A stretch of DNA of 64,000 nt from an uncultured Rikenellaceae bacterium (GCA_964535035.1 CAZHRV010000118.1:943-64942), one strand, 5' to 3'. Shown: positions 9,587 through 19,781, counted from the first letter of the stretch. Notes: a model not told the origin generated them from the letters alone. Translations and numbers: made by a program.

Positions 9587-12325
9587 ATGGAAAAAATCGC
9601 AGTGAAACAAAATGATATAATTGAAGATAGAGAGATCACAAGGAGGCATTTTGTAAAGATATCAGGAATTACAGCACTCGGAGTATCTTCACTGGGTCTG
9701 ACCGGATTCACTTTTAATGGAGTTACAATAGTACTGAATCCTGACGATAAAATAGCCGGGTCTCAGATATCTGAGTGGGCTGTAAAAGAATTAGAGAAGG
9801 CACTTATTACCAGAGGTATAGATGTTTTAAGATGCAACCAGCTTTCCAGGGCAAGATCTGGTGATTTGTGTATAGTTGTAACAGGCTCGGTTTCCCAGGT
9901 TGCCACAGAGTTACTTGGATCAGGAAAAACAACAATCCCGGAAATACATGAAGCCCTTGGTCTGGTGCCTGTTATATCTTCCGGAAGGCCGGTTTTGCTT
10001 GCGACAGGGTATGATCCACGAGGACTTATGTATGCGGTACTTGAACTTATGGATCGTGTACATAACTCATCTCAACCTCTTGAAGCCCTGCACTTTGACA
10101 AGCCTGTCGTGGAGAAGCCGGCGAATGCTGTACGTGGTATTAACAGGCTCTTTGTCAGCGAAATTGAAGATAAAGGCTGGTTCAATGACAGGGAGATGTG
10201 GCCGCAATATCTAACAATGTTAGCTACACAAAGGTTCAACCGTTTCAGTTTGAGCCTCGGAATAGGATATGACTTCCTGCAGAATGTGACAGACGGATAT
10301 TTCCTTTTTCCCTATCCGTTTTTTTTATCAGTGGAAGGGTATAATGTAAGGGTCCCACAACTGCCGGATACCGAGCGCGATCAGAATCTTGAGATGCTCA
10401 GATTCATCAGCAAGCAAACAGAGGCCAGAGGGATTCATTTCCAGCTGGGAATCTGGATGCATGGTTATCAGTGGCTTAATAGTCCTGATCCAAATTACAC
10501 TATCGAAGGGTTGACCCCGGAGACACATGCTACCTATTGTCGGGATGCAGTTCGTGAACTTCTCATAAAATGTCCTGCTATCGGCGGTATTACTTTCCGG
10601 GTTCATGGGGAGAGTGGAGTGACTGAGGGGAGCTACAATTTCTGGAAGACAATATTTGAGGGTGTGGCTGCCTGCGGCCGTAAAGTCGAAATTGATATGC
10701 ATGCCAAAGGTATGAATCAGATTATGATTGAAACAGCGGTGGCATCAGGTTTGCCGGTTAATATTTCGCCCAAGTACTGGGCGGAGCATCTTGGTTTGCC
10801 GTATCATCAGACCGATATCCGGGCCCTTGAGGTCCCCAAAGCCGGGTATCAGGGAAAAGGGCTGATGAACCTGAGCGCCGGTTCAAGGAGTTTTACACGT
10901 TATGGTTATGGCGACCTTTTAAATGAGAACAGGAAGTATGGGGTACTTCACCGTATATGGCCGGGTACGCAACGTCTTCTTTTATGGGGTGATCCCCTTA
11001 TCAGCGCAGCTCATTCAAGGGCATTCAGCTTTTGCGGCAGCCTTGGGGCAGACCTTATGGAGCCTTTATCATTTAAAGGCCGTCGCGGATCAGGAATTGC
11101 CGGTGACCGCTGTGGTTATCTCGATGCATCTTTAAAACCCAGATGGGATTGGGAAAAGTATTTGTACAGCCTAAGAATTTTTGGCAGACTGGGATATAAT
11201 CCGGATACTGATCCCGATGTCTGGCGCCGATATTTGAAAAAGGAATTTGGGCCAGCATCTGATGGTGTTGAACTGGCCGTTGCAAATGCAACCAGAATCC
11301 TTCCGATTGTACTGACAGTTCATGGAGCCTCAGCGGGTAATAATACATACTGGCCTGAAATGTATACGAACATGTCAATTCCTGATCCGAATAACAAAAA
11401 TCCCTATACAGATAGCCCCTCTCCCAGAGTATTCGGTAATGTAAGTCCGATGGATCCGCAAATGTTCCTGTCAATAAATGACTTTGCAAAGGACCTGTTA
11501 AACTCGGACCGCAATGGAAAATATTCTCCGGTTGAAGCTGCACAATGGATAGAAGATTATTCCGATGCAGCATCGAGATACCTGGAACAGGCTGATGCCA
11601 GTGCAACTGATAAAAGCAGGCCTGAATTCCGGAGGATGGCTAATGATGTAGCTATCGTTGTCGGTTTAGGACGTTTTTTTGCCGCAAAATTCCGATCCGG
11701 TGTATTATTTGGGATTTTTCAGCAGAGTGGAGACAAAACAGCCCTCGAAGAATCTCTCAGGTATTACAGAAAAGCACGTGATTTCTGGTCTGAGCTTTCC
11801 ATGAAGGCAGCAGTTGTTTATAAACCGGATATTACAATTGGCGAAAATCCCGTCATAAGAGGTCATTGGCGTGACAGATTGCCGGCAATTGACCAGGATA
11901 TTGCATATATGGCTGGAATACTTGAACAAACACCTTCCGATGCAGGTTTACGGAAAGATACAGTTAAATTGGCTGTTCAGGAAGCTACAGGACGGCCTGT
12001 CCGAACAAAAGCATCCATTAAACATTCGCAGCCAGAAGGATTCAAAGCCGGAAATCCCCTTATTATTGAGATATCATCAGATAGAAAACCTTCATCAGTC
12101 CTGATGCATTATCGTCATGTGAATCATGCTGAAAGGTTTGAAACATCTGAAATGATATTTATGGGGACAAGTTATCAGACCACAATTCCTGCCTCATTCA
12201 CTGATTCAGAGTACCCACTTCAGTATTATTTTGAGTTGAGGGAGGGATCTGATAAAGCCTGGTTATATCCGGGTTTCAATCCGGATCTGACTAACCAGCC
12301 ATACTTCATTCTTCGCAGGATTTAG
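9587..12325 (+). CDS. Tat-signal-bearing uncharacterised 912-aa protein, glycoside-hydrolase-like (family not recognised)
   Basis: It has a twin-arginine leader (EITRRHFVKISGITALGVSSLG). The N-terminal alpha/beta region contains GYDPRGLMYAVLELMDRV, reminiscent of GH20/GH67/GH115-type N-domains. A long region with no family motifs I can name follows. Confidence 0.5.
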   Translation: MEKIAVKQNDIIEDREITRRHFVKISGITALGVSSLGLTGFTFNGVTIVLNPDDKIAGSQISEWAVKELEKALITRGIDVLRCNQLSRARSGDLCIVVTGSVSQVATELLGSGKTTIPEIHEALGLVPVISSGRPVLLATGYDPRGLMYAVLELMDRVHNSSQPLEALHFDKPVVEKPANAVRGINRLFVSEIEDKGWFNDREMWPQYLTMLATQRFNRFSLSLGIGYDFLQNVTDGYFLFPYPFFLSVEGYNVRVPQLPDTERDQNLEMLRFISKQTEARGIHFQLGIWMHGYQWLNSPDPNYTIEGLTPETHATYCRDAVRELLIKCPAIGGITFRVHGESGVTEGSYNFWKTIFEGVAACGRKVEIDMHAKGMNQIMIETAVASGLPVNISPKYWAEHLGLPYHQTDIRALEVPKAGYQGKGLMNLSAGSRSFTRYGYGDLLNENRKYGVLHRIWPGTQRLLLWGDPLISAAHSRAFSFCGSLGADLMEPLSFKGRRGSGIAGDRCGYLDASLKPRWDWEKYLYSLRIFGRLGYNPDTDPDVWRRYLKKEFGPASDGVELAVANATRILPIVLTVHGASAGNNTYWPEMYTNMSIPDPNNKNPYTDSPSPRVFGNVSPMDPQMFLSINDFAKDLLNSDRNGKYSPVEAAQWIEDYSDAASRYLEQADASATDKSRPEFRRMANDVAIVVGLGRFFAAKFRSGVLFGIFQQSGDKTALEESLRYYRKARDFWSELSMKAAVVYKPDITIGENPVIRGHWRDRLPAIDQDIAYMAGILEQTPSDAGLRKDTVKLAVQEATGRPVRTKASIKHSQPEGFKAGNPLIIEISSDRKPSSVLMHYRHVNHAERFETSEMIFMGTSYQTTIPASFTDSEYPLQYYFELREGSDKAWLYPGFNPDLTNQPYFILRRI

Positions 12326-12428
12326 CATCATATTAACGAATTGGATAAAATATCGGAGGGATAATTTATATTATACCCGGATGCATTATCACCCATTTGT
12401 GGTGTATGTGGCTGTTGGTTCATCATTT

Positions 12429-13175
12429 TTAGTAGTTTACCCCTTCACTTCTGAATGAAGCTTTGCTGAAATCCTCTGTATCAGGCAGAAGGATTTTATA
12501 TTCGGATTTAGCATCATAGCCAATCTCAAGTGACAAGGCGGTGAATTCCATCAGGTGTCCCCCCAGACTATGGTCATCAGAAAGAAAATGAAGGTGGAAT
12601 CCGGCTGTATTGATGTCACCAATATATGCTGGACACCAGAATCCAACAAGGGTTCCCTTAATATCCTTCCCTTCGTATATAGGTCTGTCTGCAAGCATTT
12701 GCACCAGTGATTTATTATACGGTTTCTCCTGTATATTCGCACCGCCGCATTTGATATATTCGAATTCTCCACTAATCCGGAAAGCATAGAAAAGATTTCG
12801 GGAGGGAACTCTCCTGTCCACATATTCCTTAAGAGCCTGATAATTGATCTCGCCACTTAAAGACAGGGTGTCATCCTGATGGTAAAAAGTGATGATCGAA
12901 TATGGAACAAGTGTTTCGTCATCGGGTTGCATGATTTTGCCTTCCTGTGACACTCTGTAAACAATGTGATCCAATATGATCATTTCCCCGTTAAGTTTGT
13001 TGAAGGTACCCAGTCCAAGGTCGCCGTGTTGCTTCAGCCCACCAACTTTCATATTGCCTTCGAGAACTCCATTGTCAAGAGCCTTTAGAACAGAATAGTG
13101 AAAGATCATATCCTTCTCGTCTGAGGAACACTCCATCAAAAACAAAACAGGTATCAGCAATAATAACTTCTTCAT
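12429..13175 (-). CDS. Alpha-acetolactate decarboxylase-family protein with signal/lipoprotein leader
   Basis: YSVLKALDNGVLEGNMKVGGLKQHGDLGLGTFNKLNGEMIILD matches the AlsD/BudA N-terminal signature. The preferred start is the internal Met (MKKLLLLIPVLFLMECSS); the ORF-track start at 13295 would overlap the GH8 stop by 4 nt. Confidence 0.75.
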   Translation of the reverse strand: MKKLLLLIPVLFLMECSSDEKDMIFHYSVLKALDNGVLEGNMKVGGLKQHGDLGLGTFNKLNGEMIILDHIVYRVSQEGKIMQPDDETLVPYSIITFYHQDDTLSLSGEINYQALKEYVDRRVPSRNLFYAFRISGEFEYIKCGGANIQEKPYNKSLVQMLADRPIYEGKDIKGTLVGFWCPAYIGDINTAGFHLHFLSDDHSLGGHLMEFTALSLEIGYDAKSEYKILLPDTEDFSKASFRSEGVNY

Positions 13176-13291
13176 ATTGTAGGTGAATTTTATCCTGTTA
13201 AAATTATGGCTGTTTAATGTACCATAAAATTGCTTCTTTATCATCTGCCAGTTAATTAATTTGCTGCTTATGAATCCGAAAATCTTCAGGT

Positions 13292-14605
13292 TCATTGCAT
13301 CCCGGGCATGATGATCCTGTAATTCCCGCTCAAATGCATTAAGCTGAACAGATATAACAAACCGTCATAATAAGGATCGAAATAACCGTCAGAATAGGCT
13401 TCCAGTTTAGCATTCCATACAGCATCCACAAATTTCCAGCTTTTAGCCTGGGTCCCCATAATGGAAGCTGCGGCAGAGGTGGCAACCAGCCCGAGTGAAT
13501 GACGCAGAGTCCTGTACCCTCCTGCGGGAAGAATGAATTCGGGCAGTGTCCCGTCAACATTGTATTGATCTTCAAAGGTGTCAATACCCCTGCAAAAAAG
13601 GAAATTCTGGATCCGTTTGGCATAGTCTTTCTGCCATTCTTTATCTTTTGCAAACCAGGAGTAATCCATGGCAATGTTCATCGGCACCCTCCAGGAGTCA
13701 AACCGGAAAGCAGCCCGCATTCGCGTGTTTGACGGTGGTTTCCCACTGTATTCGCTGTAATCCGGATTAAGCCCGGTTTCCGGATGACAGGCTCTGTGCA
13801 GGAAGGCCCGTGAAGTGTCTGCACAATCGCGGTAGAATTGCTCATGACCATCATGTGCATACTCGGCCCATATCTCGAAAAATGCAGGCAGGTGGTAGGA
13901 GGGATCAGTCATATTATAGCGGTCACTCTCCGGAACGAATGAGATCTGTTTGTATTGTGTATTCAGGATATTGTTGATTCCCTCCGAGCCGTCCTTAGTC
14001 CACATGGCATCAAGTATCCTTCTGGCTTCGCCATAATAATCGATGCCGGTGTCGTTTCCCCAGCGGTTTGAAGCAAATAGCAGGTCGGTCACAAAATAGA
14101 GCTCCCCATCCGAAGCGGTCCCCTCCGAATTGTGCTTTCCTGTGGCCGGATTGACCGACCAGGCGAAGTATCCGTCGCGAGGCCCTCCCTGGTGTTGCAT
14201 ATATTTTTTGGTCCATCGCCACAGGCGGTCAAAGACATCTTTTTTATTCAGCTGAACCGCCACCATCATTCCATATGATAAGCCTTCAGTACGGGCATCG
14301 TGATTCTTCAGATCGGAGACATATGCCATCGAATCGCCTACTTCAAAATAAACTCTGTCTGATCCTTCAAAAACATCATAATATGCTTTTGCAAGCTTTG
14401 CATCAATATCGGCTTTTTTATATCCTGCATCAAGGAACACATTACGATATTTGCCTGTTTCCCATGCGCCTTTTTCCGAGGGTTTCATGGTTCCTCTTTT
14501 ATCCTTAATATCTTTTGTACAATCCTCATCCGGTGTAACTCCTGCTGCAATACACCAGCTGCACATCATGAATACAAGCAGACCTGAATAAATTATCCTC
14601 TTCAT
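13292..14605 (-). CDS. Glycoside hydrolase family 8 (Rex8-like oligoxylanase/endoglucanase type)
   Basis: TEGLSYGMMVAV (catalytic Glu region) and ASDGELYFVTDLLFASNRW resemble the GH8 signature. A signal peptide follows Met11 (MKRIIYSGLLVFMMCSWCIAAG). Confidence 0.8.
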   Translation of the reverse strand: MKRIIYSGLLVFMMCSWCIAAGVTPDEDCTKDIKDKRGTMKPSEKGAWETGKYRNVFLDAGYKKADIDAKLAKAYYDVFEGSDRVYFEVGDSMAYVSDLKNHDARTEGLSYGMMVAVQLNKKDVFDRLWRWTKKYMQHQGGPRDGYFAWSVNPATGKHNSEGTASDGELYFVTDLLFASNRWGNDTGIDYYGEARRILDAMWTKDGSEGINNILNTQYKQISFVPESDRYNMTDPSYHLPAFFEIWAEYAHDGHEQFYRDCADTSRAFLHRACHPETGLNPDYSEYSGKPPSNTRMRAAFRFDSWRVPMNIAMDYSWFAKDKEWQKDYAKRIQNFLFCRGIDTFEDQYNVDGTLPEFILPAGGYRTLRHSLGLVATSAAASIMGTQAKSWKFVDAVWNAKLEAYSDGYFDPYYDGLLYLFSLMHLSGNYRIIMPGMQ

Positions 14606-14764
14606 TTTAAGCTTATTTATTAATTTTAATTTCAATGGTTGTCCGGGTTGAAGTTAAAAAAAACTTTTTACCTGGAAGATCATTTTCTGAATCGATATGG
14701 GAATCAATCCTGATTATTCTGTTAAATTTGGTAACCATTATTCATTTAAAAACTACTGGACTTT

Positions 14765-15856
14765 ATGAAGAGCTTTAATATTCTATTGTTATTTATTATC
14801 CCTTTCCTGCCAATTTCCGATAATCAAAAAGAAAAGGCGGGTGTGCGGGTAAGTAAAAAGGTACTGGGGAATCACAATGGCAGTGAAGTATATCTTTTTA
14901 CACTGATAAATAAAGCAGGAAATGTTCTGAAGCTGACAAACTATGGAGCAAAGATCTTAAGGATTGAAGTTCCCGATAAAAATGGTGTCAGGGATAATAT
15001 TACCCTGGGATCAGAGACGTTTGAATCCATTACAAAAGGTGATCCTTATGGAGGCGCGATTGTTGGAAGGTATGCAAACAGAATAGCAAATGGGAAGTTT
15101 ATTCTCGACGGCGTCGAATATAATCTGCCGGTAAACAATAGGCCAAACACTCTGCACGGAGGCCGCAACGGATGGTTCTCCAAAGTATGGAATGCAGAGA
15201 TACCTGAAAATAAAAAACAGCCGGCAGTTATATTCACATACTTAAGTCCAGATATGGAAGAGGGTTTCCCCGCTACAGTTAAGATCGAAGTAACCTATAC
15301 GTGGACAGATAAAAATGAAATAATAATTGATTATGCTGCATCCGCTGATAAAAGGACTGTAATAAATGTTACAAATCATGCTTATTTCAACCTTCACGGA
15401 GCAGGTAAAGGTTATATATTTGACCATATTCTCACGATAAAAGCTTTAGCCTTTACTCCATTTGATGAATATAAGATTCCGACAGGGGAACTCCGTCCGG
15501 TGAAAGGAACACCATTTGATTTTACTGTTCCGCGTCCAATTGGTGAAAGAATCGGGGATACTTATGACAATGCGGTAATCAGCGGATATGATCATAATTA
15601 TATTCTTGACAACAAGGGAAAGGTTGATGTTACCGTGTATGATCCTGAAAGCGGCCGAATAATGGAAGTTTTGACCGATCAGCCGGGCCTGCAGTTTTTT
15701 TCCGGCAATAAATCAGCAAATACAAGATCAGGTTTTGCTCTTGAAACGCAACATTTCCCTGATAGTCCCAATCATCCGGATTTTCCAACGACAATCTTAA
15801 ATCCGGGTGAACAATCCAAATCAAGAACCATCTACAGATTTTCAGTAAAAAAATAA
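14765..15856 (+). CDS. galM: Aldose 1-epimerase (mutarotase) with N-terminal hydrophobic leader
   Basis: NRIANGKFILDGVEYNLPVNNRPNTLHGG, VTNHAYFNL and FALETQHFPDSPN are canonical GalM motifs. The leader is MKSFNILLLFIIPFLPIS. Confidence 0.9.
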   Translation: MKSFNILLLFIIPFLPISDNQKEKAGVRVSKKVLGNHNGSEVYLFTLINKAGNVLKLTNYGAKILRIEVPDKNGVRDNITLGSETFESITKGDPYGGAIVGRYANRIANGKFILDGVEYNLPVNNRPNTLHGGRNGWFSKVWNAEIPENKKQPAVIFTYLSPDMEEGFPATVKIEVTYTWTDKNEIIIDYAASADKRTVINVTNHAYFNLHGAGKGYIFDHILTIKALAFTPFDEYKIPTGELRPVKGTPFDFTVPRPIGERIGDTYDNAVISGYDHNYILDNKGKVDVTVYDPESGRIMEVLTDQPGLQFFSGNKSANTRSGFALETQHFPDSPNHPDFPTTILNPGEQSKSRTIYRFSVKK

Positions 15857-15882
15857 TCATAACATTAATACCAGAAGCAACC

Positions 15883-17151
15883 ATGAACAGAAATAAATTT
15901 TTAAAAACGATGGCAGCAACTGTCCCGGCTGCCACTGTGGTTCCGAACTTTGGTCGTCTTGCTCAAACCGAGTCAGGTAAAGTCAGGATAACCGACGTAA
16001 AATGTATGCGTGTACAAATAGGCAGGGGTCATGTTTTACCTCTGGTAAAAATTGAAACGGATGCCGGTGTATACGGTATTGGTGAATGTCATCACGATGT
16101 TACCGGGTTGGGATCTAAGGATGTGGTTCTGAATGCATTCAAACAGATTCTTGTCAAGCAGGATCCGTTCGACATAGCACGCCTCACTGAACAAATGAAA
16201 TTCCGTGTATCATATCTCGGGGGTAATGGAGGGATTGGTATGCATGCCGTTACCGGATGTGAAGTTGCCCTGTGGGATCTGGTAGGAAAGCTGCTTGGTA
16301 TGCCACTGCGTAAAATACTCGGAGGAGGCTGTTTCACTGACCGTGTAAGGGCCTATCTGACCAGCCAGCCCAGAAATATGCTTGATCCTGCTTCCTGTAA
16401 GGAATGGGTCGATTACCTTAAGCAATCGGTTCAGAAATGGACAGCAGCAAAACCTTTCAGGATATCAAGACGTCCCGGAGGTGAAGCACTAAATCGTCGA
16501 CTTACTTCCAGTGAATTGGAAACGAATATTCACGCATATTCTAATTTAAGAGAAGCGGCAGGCAACGAATTTGAAATAATTGTGCATTGCCACTGGGAAT
16601 TCGGATTTTTTGATGCCCTGAGTTTCGCTAAAGCTTTGGAACCGATAAGGCCATGGTGGATCGAAGATCCCATGCCGATAAATTATGTAGACACCTGGGC
16701 TAAACTTACCGCAGCCTCTCCGGTTCCCATTCTCTGTGGTGAAAACCTTTATACTCTGTACGATTTTCTTCCATTTATAACTAACCAGGCAGTTCATATG
16801 GTTGAGATAGATATTTCTATGACGGGTGGTTTACTGGAAGCGAAAAAGATTGCAACCCTGGCAAATGCATATTATATGCCTGTAGCTACACATAATGTTA
16901 TGGGACCAATAGCTACTATTGCTTCAGCTAATTGTGCTGCCACTATGCTTGATTTTATCGGACATGAAAGCTATGATTATAAGCCAGATTCCCGCGATGG
17001 TCATAGCGGGTGGGAAACCCTGATAGAATATGACAGAGAGATAATACAGGACGGGTATATTCAACTCTCCGACAAGCCAGGTCTCGGACTCGATCTGAAT
17101 AAAGATGTTGCGATGAAATATCTGGTGGAAGGAGAGAAATGGTGGGGATAA
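15883..17151 (+). CDS. Enolase-superfamily protein (mandelate racemase / galactonate dehydratase-like), degenerate Tat-like leader
   Basis: YGIGEC...ALWDL..K..G.P....LGG is the N-terminal capping-domain pattern, and the barrel motifs WWIEDP and CGENLY are present. The leader is MNRNKFLKTMAATVPAATVV. Confidence 0.8.
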   Translation: MNRNKFLKTMAATVPAATVVPNFGRLAQTESGKVRITDVKCMRVQIGRGHVLPLVKIETDAGVYGIGECHHDVTGLGSKDVVLNAFKQILVKQDPFDIARLTEQMKFRVSYLGGNGGIGMHAVTGCEVALWDLVGKLLGMPLRKILGGGCFTDRVRAYLTSQPRNMLDPASCKEWVDYLKQSVQKWTAAKPFRISRRPGGEALNRRLTSSELETNIHAYSNLREAAGNEFEIIVHCHWEFGFFDALSFAKALEPIRPWWIEDPMPINYVDTWAKLTAASPVPILCGENLYTLYDFLPFITNQAVHMVEIDISMTGGLLEAKKIATLANAYYMPVATHNVMGPIATIASANCAATMLDFIGHESYDYKPDSRDGHSGWETLIEYDREIIQDGYIQLSDKPGLGLDLNKDVAMKYLVEGEKWWG

Positions 17152-17183
17152 ATTGTAAGTAAACTTTTTAAATCGGTTATAAT

Positions 17184-19685
17184 ATGAAAAAGTATCTGTT
17201 ATTTACTGCAGCTTTGATGTTTTGTTATTTGATTTCCGGGCAGCAAGCCCAGAAAGTAGACATCAACATTAAATCCGGTACGCCTGTTGGAATCATTGAT
17301 CCCAAAATTTACGGCCAGCTTTTTGAACACATTTATTTCTCAGCCGACGGTGGATTATGGGGTGAAATGATCGCAGAGCGGTCATTTGAGCCGGAACAGT
17401 ATCCTGGTATCTCCCCTCGGGCTGGATTTTTTGACGGATGGTATGATGATGGCAACAACATACTACATTCCCCGACCCTCTTTGAGCAGCCTATTCCCAT
17501 GGTAACTGCCAATGGTGACATTTATATTATAAGCACCGATATAAAATGGCGAGCATATAAATTTGCCAGACATATGTGGAGTGGTGGTTATGCAGATATG
17601 AGAGTGGAATTTAAGAGTATGTCCGATGGTAAAAGTTATCGTTTCCGCCTGCACGATCCGCAGTATGAATCTGCAAATCCATTTAGTCAGCAGCAGCTGC
17701 CCAAGGTAGCCACATTTGCTATAGAACGGGATACTGTGACCGAACGTCAGGGACGAGACGGCAAACCCATGACAATGACTGTCTGGAAACCTGTCACGAG
17801 CGTTGAAGTGAAACCCGGCCAGATTGATGTTGCAGAAGCATGGCATAATCTGCGTATCGAATGTAATGGTAAAAATGTCAAAGTATTCTGGGATGGCAAA
17901 CAAGTACTGAAATTCAGTGATCTTGAAAACACGGAAACAAAGAACGAAATAGCTTTCGGCGTAAATTATACTGAAGCACAGTTTAAGAACATCAAAATTA
18001 CTTCAGCAGACGGAAAGAAGGTTTTTCTGGAAGGCATGCCGGAGGTAGTTAAGAATCCGCCCGTGGCTCCGCAGTGGAAATCTTTTAGCAGTGGTGAATT
18101 TGAGATGGTGAAAGGTAATGCAGTAAATATGGAATACTCGCAGAAGATAACGGCTGGAACAGAAACTTCAGGCATTTCACAGGGACCATTCTCAATTAAG
18201 AAAGGTGAAATATATATAGGTACGATATGGGCAAAGGGCGATGGGAATGCAGAACTGACTATCGCTTTTTCTTCCGGGGGCAAAAATATTGCTTCACAGG
18301 TTGTTGGTAAACCTGGTGCGGATTGGAAGAAATATGAATTTTCCCTTGAAGGAGGACAATTCGAAGGTGATGCCGACCTCGCGATAGGCATAAAAGGAGG
18401 CAGCCTTCAGGTTGACCAGGTCAGTATGATGTCGCGTTCCGCAATCAACCTTGGAGGTTTCAGACCTGACATCTACAAAGCTGTTCGGGAACTTGCGCCG
18501 ACTAACCTCCGCTGGCCGGGAGGTGGCTATGCCGCACAATACAGCTGGAAGTGGGGTGTTGGTCCTCAGGAAGAGCGTATCCGCTGGCCTCATTATATGT
18601 GGATGAACTACGATCAGAATAGTTTCGGCACAGATGAATTTATTCAACTCTGCCGCCAGATTGATTCTGAACCGGTTATTGTCGTACGTATCGGGTTTGA
18701 CAGGCCTGAATCGGAACATGCTGTGATATTACAGGAAGCCTGCGACTGGGTCGCCTATTGTAACGAACCGGCCACTGGAAAATGGGGAAGTATAAGGGCA
18801 GCTAACGGACACCCGGAACCGTATAACGTAAAGTATTGGGAGATAGACAACGAGATGTGGGAGTACGGAATTGAAAAATACGAAGCTGCGATAAGAGAAT
18901 TTTCTACAGCGATGCGTAAAGTCGATCCGAATATAAAAATTATTGTTTGTGGCGGATTTGGGAATACTACCGATAAAGACTTCCTTGATCGTTCGGGCAG
19001 TTATTTTGATTATATGAGTCTTCATCATTATGAGGGTGAAAACGGATATGCAACCGGTCCGGCAAGATTGGCTGCTCAGTATGATCAGTATGCCGGAATG
19101 ATTGCCAGTTGCCCCAATCCGAATATAAAGCTTTATATCTCAGAATGGAACCTGCAGAGTATCGACTGGCGTACCGGTCTTTTTGCCGGAGGATTTTTGA
19201 ATATATGTGAACAACGTCAGGTCGTTGAAATGGGGGCTGCGGCGCTCTTTATCCGCCGAACCGACGCTCCGGAATGGAACAACGCTTTCATAAATTTTGA
19301 TTATAAAGGAGTTTTTGTGGCGCCAAATTACCTCGTGACCAAACTGTGGCACGACAATTTTTCGAAATATCGTCTTGCCTTTACCGGGGGAACAGGGAAT
19401 ATTAGTATCAGCACTACTCTTTCGGAAAACGGAGCAAATGTCATAGTGAAAATAGTAAATCCCACGGAGAATATTTACGACCTGACAATCGAGGGAGATT
19501 GGAAGTTGCTGACAGGCGCCGGATACAAATTTATCGCTCCGGATTCGCTCAGCACGGCTAATTCTATGGAATCGCCCAATGCTATTTCTGTTGAAAAGAA
19601 GGAAATCACTCCTGTCAATAATACCGTCACTTTGACCGTAGCGCCGTTTTCGGCCGGAGTCCTTACCCTGACAAAAGGATTTTAA
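17184..19685 (+). CDS. GH51-type alpha-L-arabinofuranosidase with N-terminal beta-sandwich/CBM-like extensions
   Basis: NLRWPGGGYAAQYSWKWGVGP, YWEIDNEMW (acid/base Glu region) and YISEWN (nucleophile region) fit GH51. A signal peptide is present (MKKYLLFTAALMFCYLISG). Confidence 0.75.
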   Translation: MKKYLLFTAALMFCYLISGQQAQKVDINIKSGTPVGIIDPKIYGQLFEHIYFSADGGLWGEMIAERSFEPEQYPGISPRAGFFDGWYDDGNNILHSPTLFEQPIPMVTANGDIYIISTDIKWRAYKFARHMWSGGYADMRVEFKSMSDGKSYRFRLHDPQYESANPFSQQQLPKVATFAIERDTVTERQGRDGKPMTMTVWKPVTSVEVKPGQIDVAEAWHNLRIECNGKNVKVFWDGKQVLKFSDLENTETKNEIAFGVNYTEAQFKNIKITSADGKKVFLEGMPEVVKNPPVAPQWKSFSSGEFEMVKGNAVNMEYSQKITAGTETSGISQGPFSIKKGEIYIGTIWAKGDGNAELTIAFSSGGKNIASQVVGKPGADWKKYEFSLEGGQFEGDADLAIGIKGGSLQVDQVSMMSRSAINLGGFRPDIYKAVRELAPTNLRWPGGGYAAQYSWKWGVGPQEERIRWPHYMWMNYDQNSFGTDEFIQLCRQIDSEPVIVVRIGFDRPESEHAVILQEACDWVAYCNEPATGKWGSIRAANGHPEPYNVKYWEIDNEMWEYGIEKYEAAIREFSTAMRKVDPNIKIIVCGGFGNTTDKDFLDRSGSYFDYMSLHHYEGENGYATGPARLAAQYDQYAGMIASCPNPNIKLYISEWNLQSIDWRTGLFAGGFLNICEQRQVVEMGAAALFIRRTDAPEWNNAFINFDYKGVFVAPNYLVTKLWHDNFSKYRLAFTGGTGNISISTTLSENGANVIVKIVNPTENIYDLTIEGDWKLLTGAGYKFIAPDSLSTANSMESPNAISVEKKEITPVNNTVTLTVAPFSAGVLTLTKGF

Positions 19686-19690
19686 AACAA

Positions 19691-19732
19691 AGCAGACACC
19701 TGTTTTATATGTTTAATAACATGGTGTCTGCT
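19691..19732. terminator. Bidirectional hairpin between convergent genes
   Basis: A perfect 10-bp stem pairs AGCAGACACC (19691-19700) with GGTGTCTGCT (19723-19732). It is flanked by A-rich sequence on the left and T-rich sequence on the right. Confidence 0.6.
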
Positions 19733-19781
19733 TATTATAATATCTTTAATTTAAACATTTATATATAGAATACAACCTTAA

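Noticed and set aside
11073-11606. 177-aa minus-strand ORF inside the 912-aa gene. Similar long antisense ORFs occur at 10328-10702, 17463-17903, 17966-18719, 21611-22295, 29404-29871, 48765-49310, 52881-53264, 54453-54836 and 61462-62010.
   Set aside because: All are fully embedded antisense to strongly supported genes. They have low-complexity or Cys/Ser/Leu-skewed composition with no recognisable motifs, and they lack their own promoter or terminator signals. I treat them as shadow ORFs.
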